In this document: positions 26,888-40,024 of the stretch, piece after piece
Position numbering within the stretch: position 1 is the first letter of the stretch
Layout of the letters: each line of letters starts with the position of its first letter
From: Octopus sinensis
Lineage: Eukaryota
Assembly: GCF_006345805.1 (NCBI RefSeq)
Contig: NC_043014.1
Location: forward strand, 1,550,001-1,614,000
Direction: 5' to 3'
DNA length: 64,000 nt
Program-made: the position numbers and the translations under genes
The notes under the pieces: model-generated
Seen by the model: the letters and a program-made list of their open reading frames with translations, nothing else
Databases searched by the model: none
What the model was told of the DNA's origin: nothing

Positions 26888-26960
26888 ATATTATGACCGA
26901 CCAGCGATGGATGTGCTCGACACCCACACTTCTGGGCTGGGTCATTCTGGCGCACGTACG
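26888..26960 (+). CDS. Unknown gene 2, exon 4 (R-YYDRPAMDVLDTHTSGLGHSGART)
   Basis: GTATCTTTTCAG| acceptor, ACG|GTATGT donor, 73 nt, phase 2-0 matching exon 3. Confidence 0.8.
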
Positions 26961-27219
26961 GTATGTCATCGTTATAATCTCCGTCGATATCCTCAGATTA
27001 TTCTAGAAGAGCTTTAATGAGAATTCAATGAATTCCGGCGTATAATTCTATATCATTTTATAGTCGTAATGTAGGAACATACATACATACATACATACAT
27101 ACATACATACATGCATACCATGCACTTATAAGAATGACACATTTATATAGATACAAAGGTTAATGATAATGATAATCCTTTCTATTATAGGCACAAGGCC
27201 TGAAATTTTGGGGGTGGGG

Positions 27220-27390
27220 ACTAGTTGATTACATCGACCCCAGTGTTTAACTGGTACTTATTTTATCGACCCCTAAAGGATGAAATGTAAAGTCGACTTC
27301 GGCGGAATTTGAACTCAGAACGTATTAACGGGTGAAATACCGCTAAGCATTTCGTTCAGCGCGCTAACGATTCTGCCAGCTCGCCACTTT
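27220..27390 (-). mobile_element. SINE (family B); further minus copies at about 27430-27670 and 27700-27835
   Basis: Reverse complement of the family B core (TTACATCGACCCCAGTG..GGTACTTATTTTATCGACCC..GGATGAAA..GTCGAC..CGGCGGAATTTGAACTCAGAACG). Confidence 0.85.
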
Positions 27391-27843
27391 AAACATTTTG
27401 CCCGACGTGCTAATAATAATAATAATAATTGTAATAGAGGTCTCAAATTTGGTCACAAGGGCAGCAGTTTTAGGGAAAGGGGTAAGTCGATTACATTGCT
27501 CCCCCCTTCACCCTCCCCCCCGTGCACAGCTGGTACTTATTTTATCGACCCTGAATGGATGAAAGTTGAAGCCGACCTCGGAAGAACTTGAGCTTAGAAC
27601 GTAAAAAGTCGGATGAAATGCCACTAAGCATTTTATCCGACGTGCTAATGAGTCTGCCGACTCACTGCCATTACAACAACAACAACAACAATACTTTGTA
27701 ATTTTAGCACAAAGCCAGAAATTTTGAGGGGAGGGGTAGTCGGTTATATTGATTCCAGTATTTGACGGGTTCTTTATTTTATCGACTCAGAAAAAATGAA
27801 AGGGTAAATTGTCCTCGGCGGAATTTGAACATAGACCCTAAGG

Positions 27844-28061
27844 CAGTGCTTTTCAAACTTTTTGCTGGAGCGGAACCCCAAGGAAACATTCCACTGGCTC
27901 GAGGAACCCCTGTGCAATAATTTAATTGTCTTATGCACACATATCTGCACAGGAGAATTAAAATTACTGCCGATTTTAGCAGTTTTGTAACTTCTTGCGG
28001 AACCCCTGGACTGTACTGGCGGAACCCTAAGGTTCCGCGGAACCCTGGTTGAAAACCACTG
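27844..28061. mobile_element. hAT-superfamily MITE
   Basis: TIRs CAGTGCTTTTCAAAC / GTTGAAAACCACTG, perfect 8-bp TSD CCCTAAGG (27836-27843 and 28062-28069), internal GGAACCC motifs. Confidence 0.9.
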
Positions 28062-29112
28062 CCCTAAGGAGATGGAATAAATATTGCAATTCATCTTTTT
28101 TCTTTCCTTTCCGAGGCCCTAACAATTCTATCGATCCAAACACAACGGTTTGATGGCCATGACGAAGTTACTTCCCTTATTATTTACCATGTCTTAGAGT
28201 TACCTTCCTTAAAATACTTCGTGTGTTTTTTTAAACCGTTCTTCTATCAACGCAAATTTAATGAGAATATTAAATTAGTCCAAGCAAAAATTGAATATTT
28301 TTTTTGTTGTCTGAAGACATTGTTTATCGATTTCTGCCGCCTTTTCAACTTCGCGATTCACTGAAGAACCAGTAAAATTTCACTCGGTTCTTTTTCTCGA
28401 AAAGTTTAAGCAAAAAATATTTTGAATTTAAAAAGTTAGCAAAAATAAGGGATCGACGATTGCTTATATTGTCCCCAGAAATAAAGAGAAAGAAAAAAAG
28501 GAGGGGAATGAAATAGAAAAGCACAGAACGTAAATTCCCAGAGGAATTCTCTCCCGAGGCCCAAAGATAGTCTTCTTCCGCCTTATTAGATCTCTCTTGG
28601 TGCCAGCACTACCATAACTACAGCACATCACCACTCCACAACCGCCCACCACAAATAACAACAAAAGCAGCAACACTACTTCAATACTAGCACCGACACT
28701 ACCACACCTTCAATTACCACAACAAAACTACAGCCAAAGCTACAACAAACCGAGATTTAATTGCTTCAATTTTTATTTCTGAGTAAAGTCTAGGAATAAA
28801 TAAATCCTTCAATATTAGAATGTAAGCCAGATACAGGATGAGAATGGAAAATGAATTCTAAAAATCATAGGAAAGAAAATAAGCTCTAAGACTCTCAGAA
28901 ACCAGGATCGAATGATCTAGACGTATTGTCGATGTTTAAATTGGCTTCGTATATCTGATATCCTGTTTGATATTCTTGATATTCCGTACGATAGTCTATA
29001 ATAATAATAATAATAACAATAATAATGATTTCAAATTTGGGCACAAGGCCAGTAATTTCGGGGGAGGGGATAAAGTCGATTACATCGATCTCAGTACTCA
29101 ACTGGTACCTAT

Positions 29113-29154
<42 letters not shown>

Positions 29155-29159
<5 letters not shown>

Positions 29160-29380
29160 CCTTTCTACTGTAGGCAAAAGGCCTGAATATTTGGGGGAGG
29201 AAATAGTCGATTACATCGACCCCAGTGTTTCACTGGTACTTAATTTATCGACCCCGAAAGGTCGTCAACCCTACAAGGGCAAAGTCGACCTTGGCGAAGT
29301 TTGAACTCCGAACGTAGTGGCAGACGAAATGCCGCTGAGCATTTCGCCCGGCGTTCTAACGATTCTGCCAGCTCGCCGTC
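29155..29380 (-). mobile_element. SINE (family B)
   Basis: Ends CTAACGATTCTGCCAGCTCGCCG (reverse complement of the head); flanked by (AAT)n. Confidence 0.85.
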
Positions 29381-29438
<58 letters not shown>

Positions 29439-29914
29439 TAATAATAGTTGTAATAAAATGATAATGGTATTAATGATAATAGTAATTACAGTATTGGTAA
29501 TAATAATTATGAAAATAATGGATTTCAAAGAATACTATTTTTTAAATAATTTTATTTAATTATTTATTGATTTTTGTTTCTATGTTATTTATTTGAAATT
29601 ATGCTGTGATTATTTTCTATACATGTTTTATTTTGTTCCTCATGTAGCATTGCTTTGAAAAAAAAATACCTTGATTTTTTTTTTTTTCTAAAAAAAAAAA
29701 AAAACTATCGGTCAAGCGCATGCTTTATTTGTCTCGTTCCGCTATATCGATTGGTCTGTCAAATATTGGTGTGAAGACACGCAGCTTTTCAGTGCACCCT
29801 TTAAAAAAAGCATTTGAGAACCGCAAATACTTCCCCCCTACCCCCCACCCACGCCGCCGTATTTTTTTTTAATTTTATTTTATTTTATTTTATTTATTTT
29901 TTTTTTTTATATAG

Positions 29915-29983
29915 ATAAAAGTTGACCACGTTCACATTAAGTTTCTGCAAACGTCACGCCTCTCTCCACCGATTCATTATTGA
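29915..29983 (+). CDS. Candidate (alternative) terminal exon of gene 2 (IKVDHVHIKFLQTSRLSPPIHY*)
   Basis: Long poly-T tract ending ATATAG|; only phase 0 is open, matching exon 4; ends TGA. Confidence 0.35.
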   Translation: MKVDHVHIKFLQTSRLSPPIHY

Positions 29984-31372
29984 CCACACCCACCTAACTG
30001 ACCCTTGGTCACTGACCACAGTCACTGCATGATCATTCTGTGTATCACCGTTAAAAAATCAAGGGATCAGCAAAAGACAAAAAAGGGGGCGAGGTGGTTC
30101 GACCAGTTACTCCTTCTCTCATTCTCCCATCATTCTTCTCCTCCTTCATCTACTCCTCCCACTCTTTCTCCTTCTTCTTTCCCTCCTCCCGTGTATTCTT
30201 TGTACTCCTCCCACCCGTTCTTTTACTCCTTCTCTCACCTCTCCCATGCATTTTCATACTTCTTCCTCTTCTTCTGTTTCTTCTACTCCTTCACCTCTTC
30301 CTCCTACTCATTCATAACCCCGCCCCTCTTTATTGGTATTTGTTATCCTCCACCTTCTACCCACTACCATGTATATATCCCATCGATCTCCATTTAGCAC
30401 GTTACCACCACCACCACCACCACCTTCACTATTGGCATCCACCATCTATATCACCTCCTCCTGTTACCTGCACCACCACCGCAACCATCCTCCCTCGCCA
30501 ACGCATCATCCTCATCCCAGGTGGCTACAGCTAGTTGTGTTTCATGTCTCTGTTCTTATCTGGCACTCATGATTCTTTAGTTGTCATGTGATTGTGTCAT
30601 GTGATTGTACCATGTGATGTTTTGGAAACACAAAAATCCTATTTCCTTATTTCTGATCTGTGCAAAACAACAACAGCAGCAACATCACCACCACCAGTTC
30701 CTGACTCTAATTCACCAATCCATCAAACAATCTTCGGTTGTTCGATGTAAAATATCTTTGGAATCTGGTTCTTATTTTGGAAAGATTCCAAACCAACCAA
30801 ATACTTCTCTGCTATCATACAAACAACGTCATACAAGCTGGACCAAACTTTATGCACATCGACAAACTTACTATATATTATATCTAATAAGAATAATTTC
30901 CTTCTCATCGGCCTCTATTAATGAAAGATTTGCTTTCCGAGGCTGATGAAGCAAAAAGATACAGAAATACATACATCCTATGATCTAATGGCATCATTCA
31001 TTGCACAAAACGTATTTTTGCACATGTCTAAGAGGAGAATTTTCTCCAGGGACTATTTCTGCAGCGAGATGCTTTATCACGTTAGAATGCACTCAATCGT
31101 GTTAAATATGACTTTACATTAATATACTTCATTCAACGCTGCTTTGTGCAATAATACTTATTTAATTATAGCTTGACTAAGCTTTACGCACATCAACAAA
31201 CCTACTGTGTGCTCTTTTAATAAGAATAGCTTCGTTCTTATCAGACTATGTGTGGTGGTACATATGGTTTTCGTGGCTGACGAAGCGAAAGGACACAGAA
31301 ATGCGTCCAATGATCCACTGACGTTATTCACAGCTCAAAATATGTTTTCACATAAATGTGGTGTGCGCGCGC

Positions 31373-31445
<73 letters not shown>

Positions 31446-31583
31446 AGGTGAATTTTCTCTTGGGATTGTTCCTACATCAGAGGGTCTTACCACGCACGAA
31501 TGCACTCGAACATGTTACCATTTTGTGGTACGTTTATCTATACTATAAATTACTTAAGGCACACTGCAGGTACAGTATCAGCC

Positions 31584-31584
<1 letters not shown>

Positions 31585-31677
<93 letters not shown>

Positions 31678-31680
31678 TTA
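31585..31680. repeat. (TCTA)n array
   Basis: Direct reading. Confidence 0.95.
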
Positions 31681-31734
31681 TTATATTATGATATATATAA
31701 TATATATTATAATATATATATATATATCAATCTA

Positions 31735-31788
<54 letters not shown>

Positions 31789-33269
31789 TTGTGTGGTACA
31801 ATTCGCTACGGTACTATACAGATCACTGTGGTACTGTACACAATGCTATGGTACCAGAAAGCCCACTGCAGCACCATACATTTCTCTACAGTACCTTAGT
31901 TCTCTATGATACACCTCGTTCAGTAGGTGAGTTACATTGCCCTACTGTAGTCAACAGTACCCTAGAATGCCTCTTTCAGCTGTACCTGGGGTACTTATAT
32001 TCAATGCTCTCGTATCAGTATACAAAGGATTCATTGTATTTACTGATATCATGGGCCCTTTATTTCGTTTTTTGTTAGTTTTGTCTGGAAGAAGGGGAAG
32101 TATCCTTGACCTTTGCTGTCCTTTCAAGGTCACTGAAATTGACGTCATTAACATTCTGCTTAAATTTTTACAAGTCAAGAACTGCAGTGATGGAACTCCA
32201 GTAGATGGTCATTCAGGGGAGGAAAGGGTGGAAGAAGGCATAGATTATGTGGGGCCTTGAAGGTTGGACACAAGTTAAGGGATATGGGAAAGATCAGTGT
32301 GTAGAGAACAGTCCCTCTGTGGAGACGACACAAGACTAGATAGATCTAAGGAAGAGCAGAGGCTGTTGTGGTAGTGGTAGCAAAGACAGAGGGAGGTGAC
32401 ATCATATTTGGTGATCAGAGATAGGGGTGCCTTGGTGTGTGATTCCATGCCAATAAAACAAATGGCCATTCTTTGGATGCCATCTATTGTGTCTGTGTGT
32501 GTGGCTGAAGCAGCACCATGCTAGATGTGAGAACCAATAAACCCTTGTGAATGACATGGGAACAGCATTTCATTGTGGATCTCACGTGAGATAGAGGCAG
32601 GCGAGAAGGGTTAGAAATGGTCAGAGTTGATGTTCTGGCTTTGAAGAGAAAAGCTAATTTTTGAGACATGGTCTAGAATATACTGTATGAGCAGCAGCAG
32701 CAGCAGCTGTGGGGTGTGGGGGGAGAGCAATATTTCGTTGTGGGTTACGCTTGTGATTTGTGATTTGTAAAGGAGTTAATAGGAATCAAGGGGCTGAAAT
32801 ATATTCTAGGTTTGGAAGGAGGACCAGTCTTTGAGATTCAATTTTTGGTCATGTGAACAAACTGCAACTAAAAGAACCACACAACTTATCACAGCAACAA
32901 CAACAACAACAACAACCATACCACCACCACCACCACCACCACCACCACCATTGCAAAAAACAACAACAACAACATAACTACAGCTGACATCACCCTTTCC
33001 AACCACCATCCCCACCATCAACCTTCCTCATTGCCACCCCACCCCACCATCATCACGCCACTGCCACCTCCCCCTCCACTGACAAGTCCTCCCCCCCACT
33101 TTCACTTCCTACTACTAAGCCAATGAAAAAACTTCTACGCAACTTCTTGGTCTGCAAGAAATAGCAGTTAAACTTCCCTCACATCATGCCATACCATCTC
33201 AATGAGGAAAGGACACGTTGGATTGAACGTCTTTGATGAGAGATCTGCTCGCTCGGGGTTGGCCTAGGG

Positions 33270-33710
33270 TCAAACCAACAACGCCACCACCACTACCACC
33301 ACCACACCACCCACACCACCACCACCACCACCACCACCACCACACCCCACCACCACCAAAAACCACCACCAAAACCCACCACCACACCACCACCACCACA
33401 CCACCACCACCACCACCACCACCAATCACCACCACCAAACCCACCACCACCAACCACCATCACCACCAACATCCACCACACCACCACCACCATCACACCA
33501 CACCACCACCACCACCACCACCACCACCACCACCATCACCAACCACCACCACCACATCCACCACCACCACTGCCATCATTAGTGCTTCCACAACATTCAC
33601 TACACCTGCCACCACTACTCACTGTTATCAGCAGTAGCACTACCACTACCACCATTGTTGCCACCACCACCACCACCACCACCACCACCACCACCACCAT
33701 CACCATCACC
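33270..33710. repeat. (CCA)n trinucleotide array
   Basis: Direct reading; gives poly-P/H/T and poly-G/V/W ORFs. Confidence 0.95.
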
Positions 33711-34299
33711 ACTCAGTCTGGTGACACCCACAGACAAATACACTGATATACACACATACAAGCAGAAACACACACATATATATGCATACACTACACACAT
33801 CTACACACACTATACTCATATATACACACACTATACACACACTATACACACACTATACACACACTATACACACAAGCATACACATATACTTACACATGCA
33901 CATGCACACACACGCACACACACACATGCTATACACATACATACAAAAAATGTGCTGGACTGATGGATGTTGTGTTGAGTGGCAGTGGTGGTGGGCGAGG
34001 GTGGACCACTGCTTCACTGTTTCATGTTGCTGTTGTTGTTACTGTTGTTGTTTTGACAGTTTCTTTTCTCCTTTGTTATTTATTGTTGTGTTCAAATGGA
34101 AATTATTACAACTGTATGAAAGCCACAACATCACAGAGAATAAAGAATACAAAATGGAAATAAAAACATTTCAAGTAAAACAGAAAAAAGGAAAACAAAC
34201 CGGAATAAAACCGATCTGGGTGGCGGAAGTTAGATTTTGGTAGGATTGAAGGTAGATGGTAGGATGGGAGAAATGAGAGAAATTTTGAGGGAGAGGGAG

Positions 34300-34350
<51 letters not shown>

Positions 34351-34734
34351 TCCTTCATCCGTTTCCTAAGCTTATTTTATTTTGGAACTCTTATATTTTA
34401 CCAAAACTCTAAAAGCCATGGAACTCATATATGATATTAGTCATAAAATGAAACAAAAGTTGCCATAGAGAAAGAATTTATTTGTTTTAAGCATCGTTCT
34501 AATGTCCAGTTCTTTATGCTTGCATGGATCAGATAGAATTTGTTGTTGAGGCAGATTTTTCTACAGCTGGATGCTCTTCCAGTCACCAACTCTTATCTGT
34601 TTCCAAATAAGGTAGCATTTCCCTATGGCTGCACATGGATTCCATATAAGACTGGAAATGAATGATGTTGTTACCTGTAGGACAGCGACAATCATTTTCA
34701 ACAATCACATGAAGTCAAGAGAGGAGGACACACA

Positions 34735-34777
<43 letters not shown>

Positions 34778-36564
34778 CCACACACACACACATATATATA
34801 TAGAGAGAGAAAGAGAGAGATAGAAACAGGCTTCTTTCAGTTTCTTTGTACCAAATCCAGTTAAAAGGCTTTGGTTGACTCGGGGCTAAAATAAAAGACA
34901 TTTGCTCAAAGTGCTGTGCAGTGGGACTGAACCTAAGACCAGATGGTTGGAAGAAAGCAAGCTTCTTAATAACACACCCATACTTGCACCTACTAGAAGA
35001 CACAGGCCCAAGCTACAGCACAGCAGGACTGAAGCTGAAAGCACATGGTTTGTTAGACAAAACAAATACTATCTTATTATTTTGAAAATGGTAAAAACCA
35101 TTTATTTATTAAATAAATCTTTATTGAAATCTTATTATCAGACATTTTATCTCATGGAACTTCAGAAATTTGATCAGGGCCCTGGGATTCTGTGAAACCC
35201 AGGTTGAGAAACACTACTTTTAATTAACATCTAATTATGTTAAAATGTTTAATTAAACTCAATGGTATGCAAGAGTTATTGAATGACATTTTAGTTGCAA
35301 TATGAACGTTTCCAAAGTAAAAGATATATATGTATATATATATATGTATATATATATATGTATATATATATATGTATATAATATATAATAAAAGTTAAAA
35401 ACCTGTTAAGACGCAGACATTGTGAAATGCAATATAAAAGTGAACAACTTAAGCAAAGACAAAGCAACAGTTGAAGTTTTACTTTGTATTTGGATATTTC
35501 GAACTTCTGAACACTTCATCAGGACATGTAGAAATGGGAGATGGAATATATAAATATATGTTTACAATAAAAAAGTGGGAGTGGCAGGCAGAAAAGAAAG
35601 AGAAAAACATAGAAGAGAAAAAGAAAGTGGAAGAGAGAAGAGACAGAAAAGGTAAAGAAGCAGGCGACATGAGCACTATTAACGATAATTGATAATTTGT
35701 ATCAATCATGGACAGAGAATACATAAGGAGGAACATGAAGGTGATTTGAAAGCATGCAAATATGTGTGCGTGTGTGTGTGTGTGTGTAGATACTGTTTGT
35801 GACAAACACTGAGGTAACACAGGTTATACACCTTGATGAGGAGGGAGAAGATTATATAAAAGAAAAGCACATCACCACCACCACCACCACCAACCAGCAT
35901 CATGTACACCTCTTTTCTTTCTGTTTATTTCCCTTCTTTTGTCTCCAGAGTCATCCCACCTTACCTTTCTTGTCATCACACCTGTTTTTATCACTTATTT
36001 TCTTCATCATCGCATCTCTTATAAGATTCAAACACCAAATTCATCACCAAATTTTAACAATCAAAACAATTAACATTAAATTAGATGTATAGTAATTAGA
36101 TATTAATTAAATTATAATACAATTACTACTGTATAATAATTAGCTATTAATTACAGATAAATTACTAAAATAAAAACCAGTAAACATGCAACATATTTTG
36201 AGAGTGAGGTACCCTGTAAAGCATATTGTGAGTAGGGTACTATTTTAAACACTACCTCATATACTGCTACCTGTTGTCCCTCAACTACTACTACTTCTAC
36301 TATCAATCTGTACCATTCACACAACCACCATTACTGTCTGTACTGTGACTACTACCAATGCTATTGCTCCTCCTACCCTCAATACCATTGATAGTTCCAC
36401 TAAAACTACTGCCTAAACCAAGATGATACCTTGTACCACTGCTACCAACCCAATATTAACTGAATATATCCACTGACATAAGTATATGTGCTTATATATA
36501 TGTGTGTGTATACAGACATACACATATATACATGCATGTGAATACATACATATACATACATACA

Positions 36565-36628
<64 letters not shown>

Positions 36629-36660
36629 TTTATTTAGATATATATATAATATATATTTAT

Positions 36661-36697
<37 letters not shown>

Positions 36698-36872
36698 ATT
36701 AAAATAAGAGATAAAACCACTATTAGCAAATCAATGATTTGCCTAATAGTGGTTTTATCTCTAATTTAATTTATATTTATACTGTAAAATTAGATTTAAT
36801 CCTAAATAATTAATTTTCCGGTAAGTTTGGATTTACTCCCTAATATTATGTGACCATTCCGAAATATAACAA

Positions 36873-36905
<33 letters not shown>

Positions 36906-37009
36906 GTGTGTGGGTGTGTGTGTGTGTATTTACATGTGCATATTATACATATGCATTTATATTATGCATGCATATGTGTGTGTATGAGTATATATAAAAT
37001 ATGTATATA

Positions 37010-37071
<62 letters not shown>

Positions 37072-38759
37072 TTATATCTGTCTATATACTTATGTATATA
37101 TATATGTGTGTGTGTGCTATTCCCCCACCCCTTACCCGTGACCCTAATTAATTATTCCTAATCTTGCGGAAAATCACTGAAACGCTGCTGTCTCTTAATT
37201 TGATGCTTTATGGTGTTGATGTGTGTGTGTGTGTGTGTAAATCAGATTGTCTGTCCATTTGTGTTTTAAATATCTGTTTATCTATGTATGTATATAAAAT
37301 AGGTATGCATGTATATAGGTATGTATGAATGCATTTGTGTGTGTGTGTGTCATATGGTCGAATATTTGCTAAGCCAGCAACCCAATTAATCCTGCTTGCC
37401 ATGTCAGGTGGTTTTCATTGGACACCCCAAGCAGGATGATAAACAAAACCTATCAAGGGGCAGATGAGTTGAATAAGTCAAAGAACTTCTAAAAGCTGGG
37501 GTTGAGAGACCCCCAAGTTTTAGTTTTGTCATTGCCCTCGGAGAAAGAAAACTCTGACATAACGCATGAGACTTTGTTAGTATCCAGTGAAGTAAATTAA
37601 TTTTCGTTTTAGGAAAAGGCTAAGAGAGTGGATTTGGCCCTTTACAAAGGCTAAGGGAGTGGAACTGACCCTTTACAAAGCTTTTTCTCATTTGAAAAAA
37701 GCTCCAGGCATAGACGTTGCTTGATTTGAAACATCTCTGTTCTGCAGTGGATCCTACGGCTGGCCATAACTGACAAAAGCAAAACATTCGAAGGCAAATT
37801 CCATGATGCAATGAAGGCATGCATCATCAGTGTGGGTGGTAAGCTTTGTGAACCCCTGCAGCAAGAGGGACCTTTTTTTTTGCCATATTTATGCAAATGA
37901 ATGAAGGCCCTGGGCAACACTGAAAGGTCACATCCATGTTGCTCATGTTTAAGAGGACCATCAAACAATGGCATTGCTTGGAATTGAACCACAAATGAAT
38001 GCATTTATATCGGTTTTTATGTTTATGTATGTATGGATGTAGACACTTTTGAAGATTTGGATAAAATGATTCGCTTCCTTGCCTCCACTAGTTTGGATAC
38101 TCACCTTTAACAAGGTGCCTTCATCCATCATAGGGGTGCATGTATCAACAAGAATATGGGTACCTTCAGAAACAGGGGTATCACCAGGAATGGATACCTT
38201 GTGAAGTAAAGATTCCACTAGGAATATTGGTACCTGAGAAATACTTGTAGCATTAAGTACTTTGAGAAGGGCAGCCACAGTCAAGAACAGGGTACTTTAA
38301 GAAGTACATGTAGATGAGGATCTTGAGAAGTACAGCTACCATTGGGTACCTTGAAAATACAAGTACCATCCCAGGTATGGATAGTGTCCTGGGTACCTCT
38401 GGATCAGTAAATCTCACAATACATGAGATACAAAGGTGTCAATAGAGTGAGAGAGACATGAAATGTCAGCTTTGGTTATTTGTAGATAAATTTCTGTAGG
38501 AAGATGAAGAAGAGAAGGTGAGAGGCTAGTTCTGAGGAGGGAGAATTGGCTGTGGTGTTTTGAGGGGAATACATAGCAGGCAGGAATAATGTGAGAAGAA
38601 GAACTGAGGGAATAAGGTGGACTTAGGCAGTAGAGAACATAGCTTGCTAGTCCAATGGAGGAGCAGAAAACAGAGTTGGAGGGGAAGAAATATATATATT
38701 ATATATATATATATATAATATATATAATAAAGGGGTTCATATGATTGTGTATAGAGGGA

Positions 38760-39510
38760 TATATATTATTCAAAGAAATTCCAACTCGGTCTGTTTTTTA
38801 TGTTTTATATATATTCTTTATAATATTAATGTAGACTATAGAATATATAGTATAAATGGTATATATAGTAGTAAAATGAAATGAAATTAAATAAAGTGTG
38901 TCAACAGTTGAAACACTCCTGTCACAACCTGGGACCTTAAAAACTGCTTCAATGCAAGAAAGTATACCAGTCCTTAATATTTGATATTCAATATTTCATC
39001 TATTCAATAAGACAATCAATACTTCATTTCATTTTACTATATATATATATTATTTATACTATATATTCTATGTGAAGGCGCGTGGCTCAGTGGTTAGAGC
39101 GTCGAGCTTACGATCGTGTGGTTGTGAGCTCGCATTCTGGACCGGGCTGCGTGTTGTGTTCTTGAGCAAGACACTTTATTTCACGTTGCTCCAGTTCACT
39201 CAGCTGTAGAAATGAGTTGCAACGTCACAGGTGCCAAGCTGTATCGACCTTTGTCTTTCCCTTGGACAACATCGGTGACATGGAGAGGGGAGGCCGGTAT
39301 GCATGGGTGACTGCTGGTCTTCCATAAAACAACTTTGCCCAAACTTGTGCCTCAGAGGGTAACTCTCTAGGTGCAAACCCATGGTCAGTGTCTGACCGAA
39401 GGGGGTCACCACCACATATATTCTATATTCTACATTAATATTATAAAGAATATAAATAAAACATAAAAAAACAGGCAGAGTTGGAATTCCTTTGAATAAT
39501 ATATATATAT
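38760..39510. mobile_element. AT-rich fold-back element whose right arm is split by a SINE
   Basis: 38760-38890 is the reverse complement (roughly 90% by eye) of 39021-39070 joined to 39416-39510. Confidence 0.75.
39072..39415 (+). mobile_element. Full-length family A SINE with 11-bp TSD
   Basis: GAAGGCGCGTGGCTCAGTGGTTAGAGCG head; ATATATTCTAT at 39061-39071 and 39416-39426. Confidence 0.9.
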
Positions 39511-39707
39511 GATTGTATGTATATATATGCAGATATTTTTTGTGCTTTATGTCAATATATATATATGAACAGTTACATGTGTATGTATCTATATATGTGT
39601 ATGTTTAGATTCACGTTTCTATGTATGTATACATGTTTTGTCTGTATGCGTGTGTGTCTTTACGTGTCGGCTGATTGCTAACGATACCCTGCCTCCGTTA
39701 TTAGCAG

Positions 39708-39818
39708 ACTGACGACTCAGCTGGAGCTGAGATGCTGGGCAAGGTGTCACCCTTACGCAAGAAAATTAGGAAGGTCATATGCAAGTCCCGTCGTGACCCT
39801 TCTTATTATGATGATTAG
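39708..39818 (+). CDS. Candidate last coding exon of gene 2 (TDDSAGAEMLGKVSPLRKKIRKVICKSRRDPSYYDD*)
   Basis: CCTGCCTCCGTTATTAGCAG| acceptor, phase 0, CpG-retaining island; DDSAGAE echoes DADAGAE of exon 3 and SYYDD echoes RYYDR. Confidence 0.5.
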   Translation, partial: TDDSAGAEMLGKVSPLRKKIRKVICKSRRDPSYYDD

Positions 39819-39970
39819 TTGCCCCAACACTGTTGTCAGGTCAGCTAGGAGGGTAGGTATACCGATTCACATATTTCTGCATCTCACTCACATATATACA
39901 TATGAATATACATACATACATACATACATGCATACATGCATACATACATTCATGTATGTATGTTTATATG

Positions 39971-40024
<54 letters not shown>

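Noticed and set aside
32806-32863. AVCSHDQKLNLKDW, WD40/WDR55-like terminal exon on the minus strand, and nearby candidate 33195-33263
   Set aside because: Only a short motif, phases do not match each other, and no upstream WD exons were found.
33199-33963. Poly-Pro/His/Thr extensin-like ORFs
   Set aside because: (CCA)n and (CA)n microsatellites.
39072-39150. tRNA gene-like sequences (also at 548, 25126, 25857, 62400)
   Set aside because: A/B-box heads continue into SINE bodies with TSDs; no complete cloverleaf.
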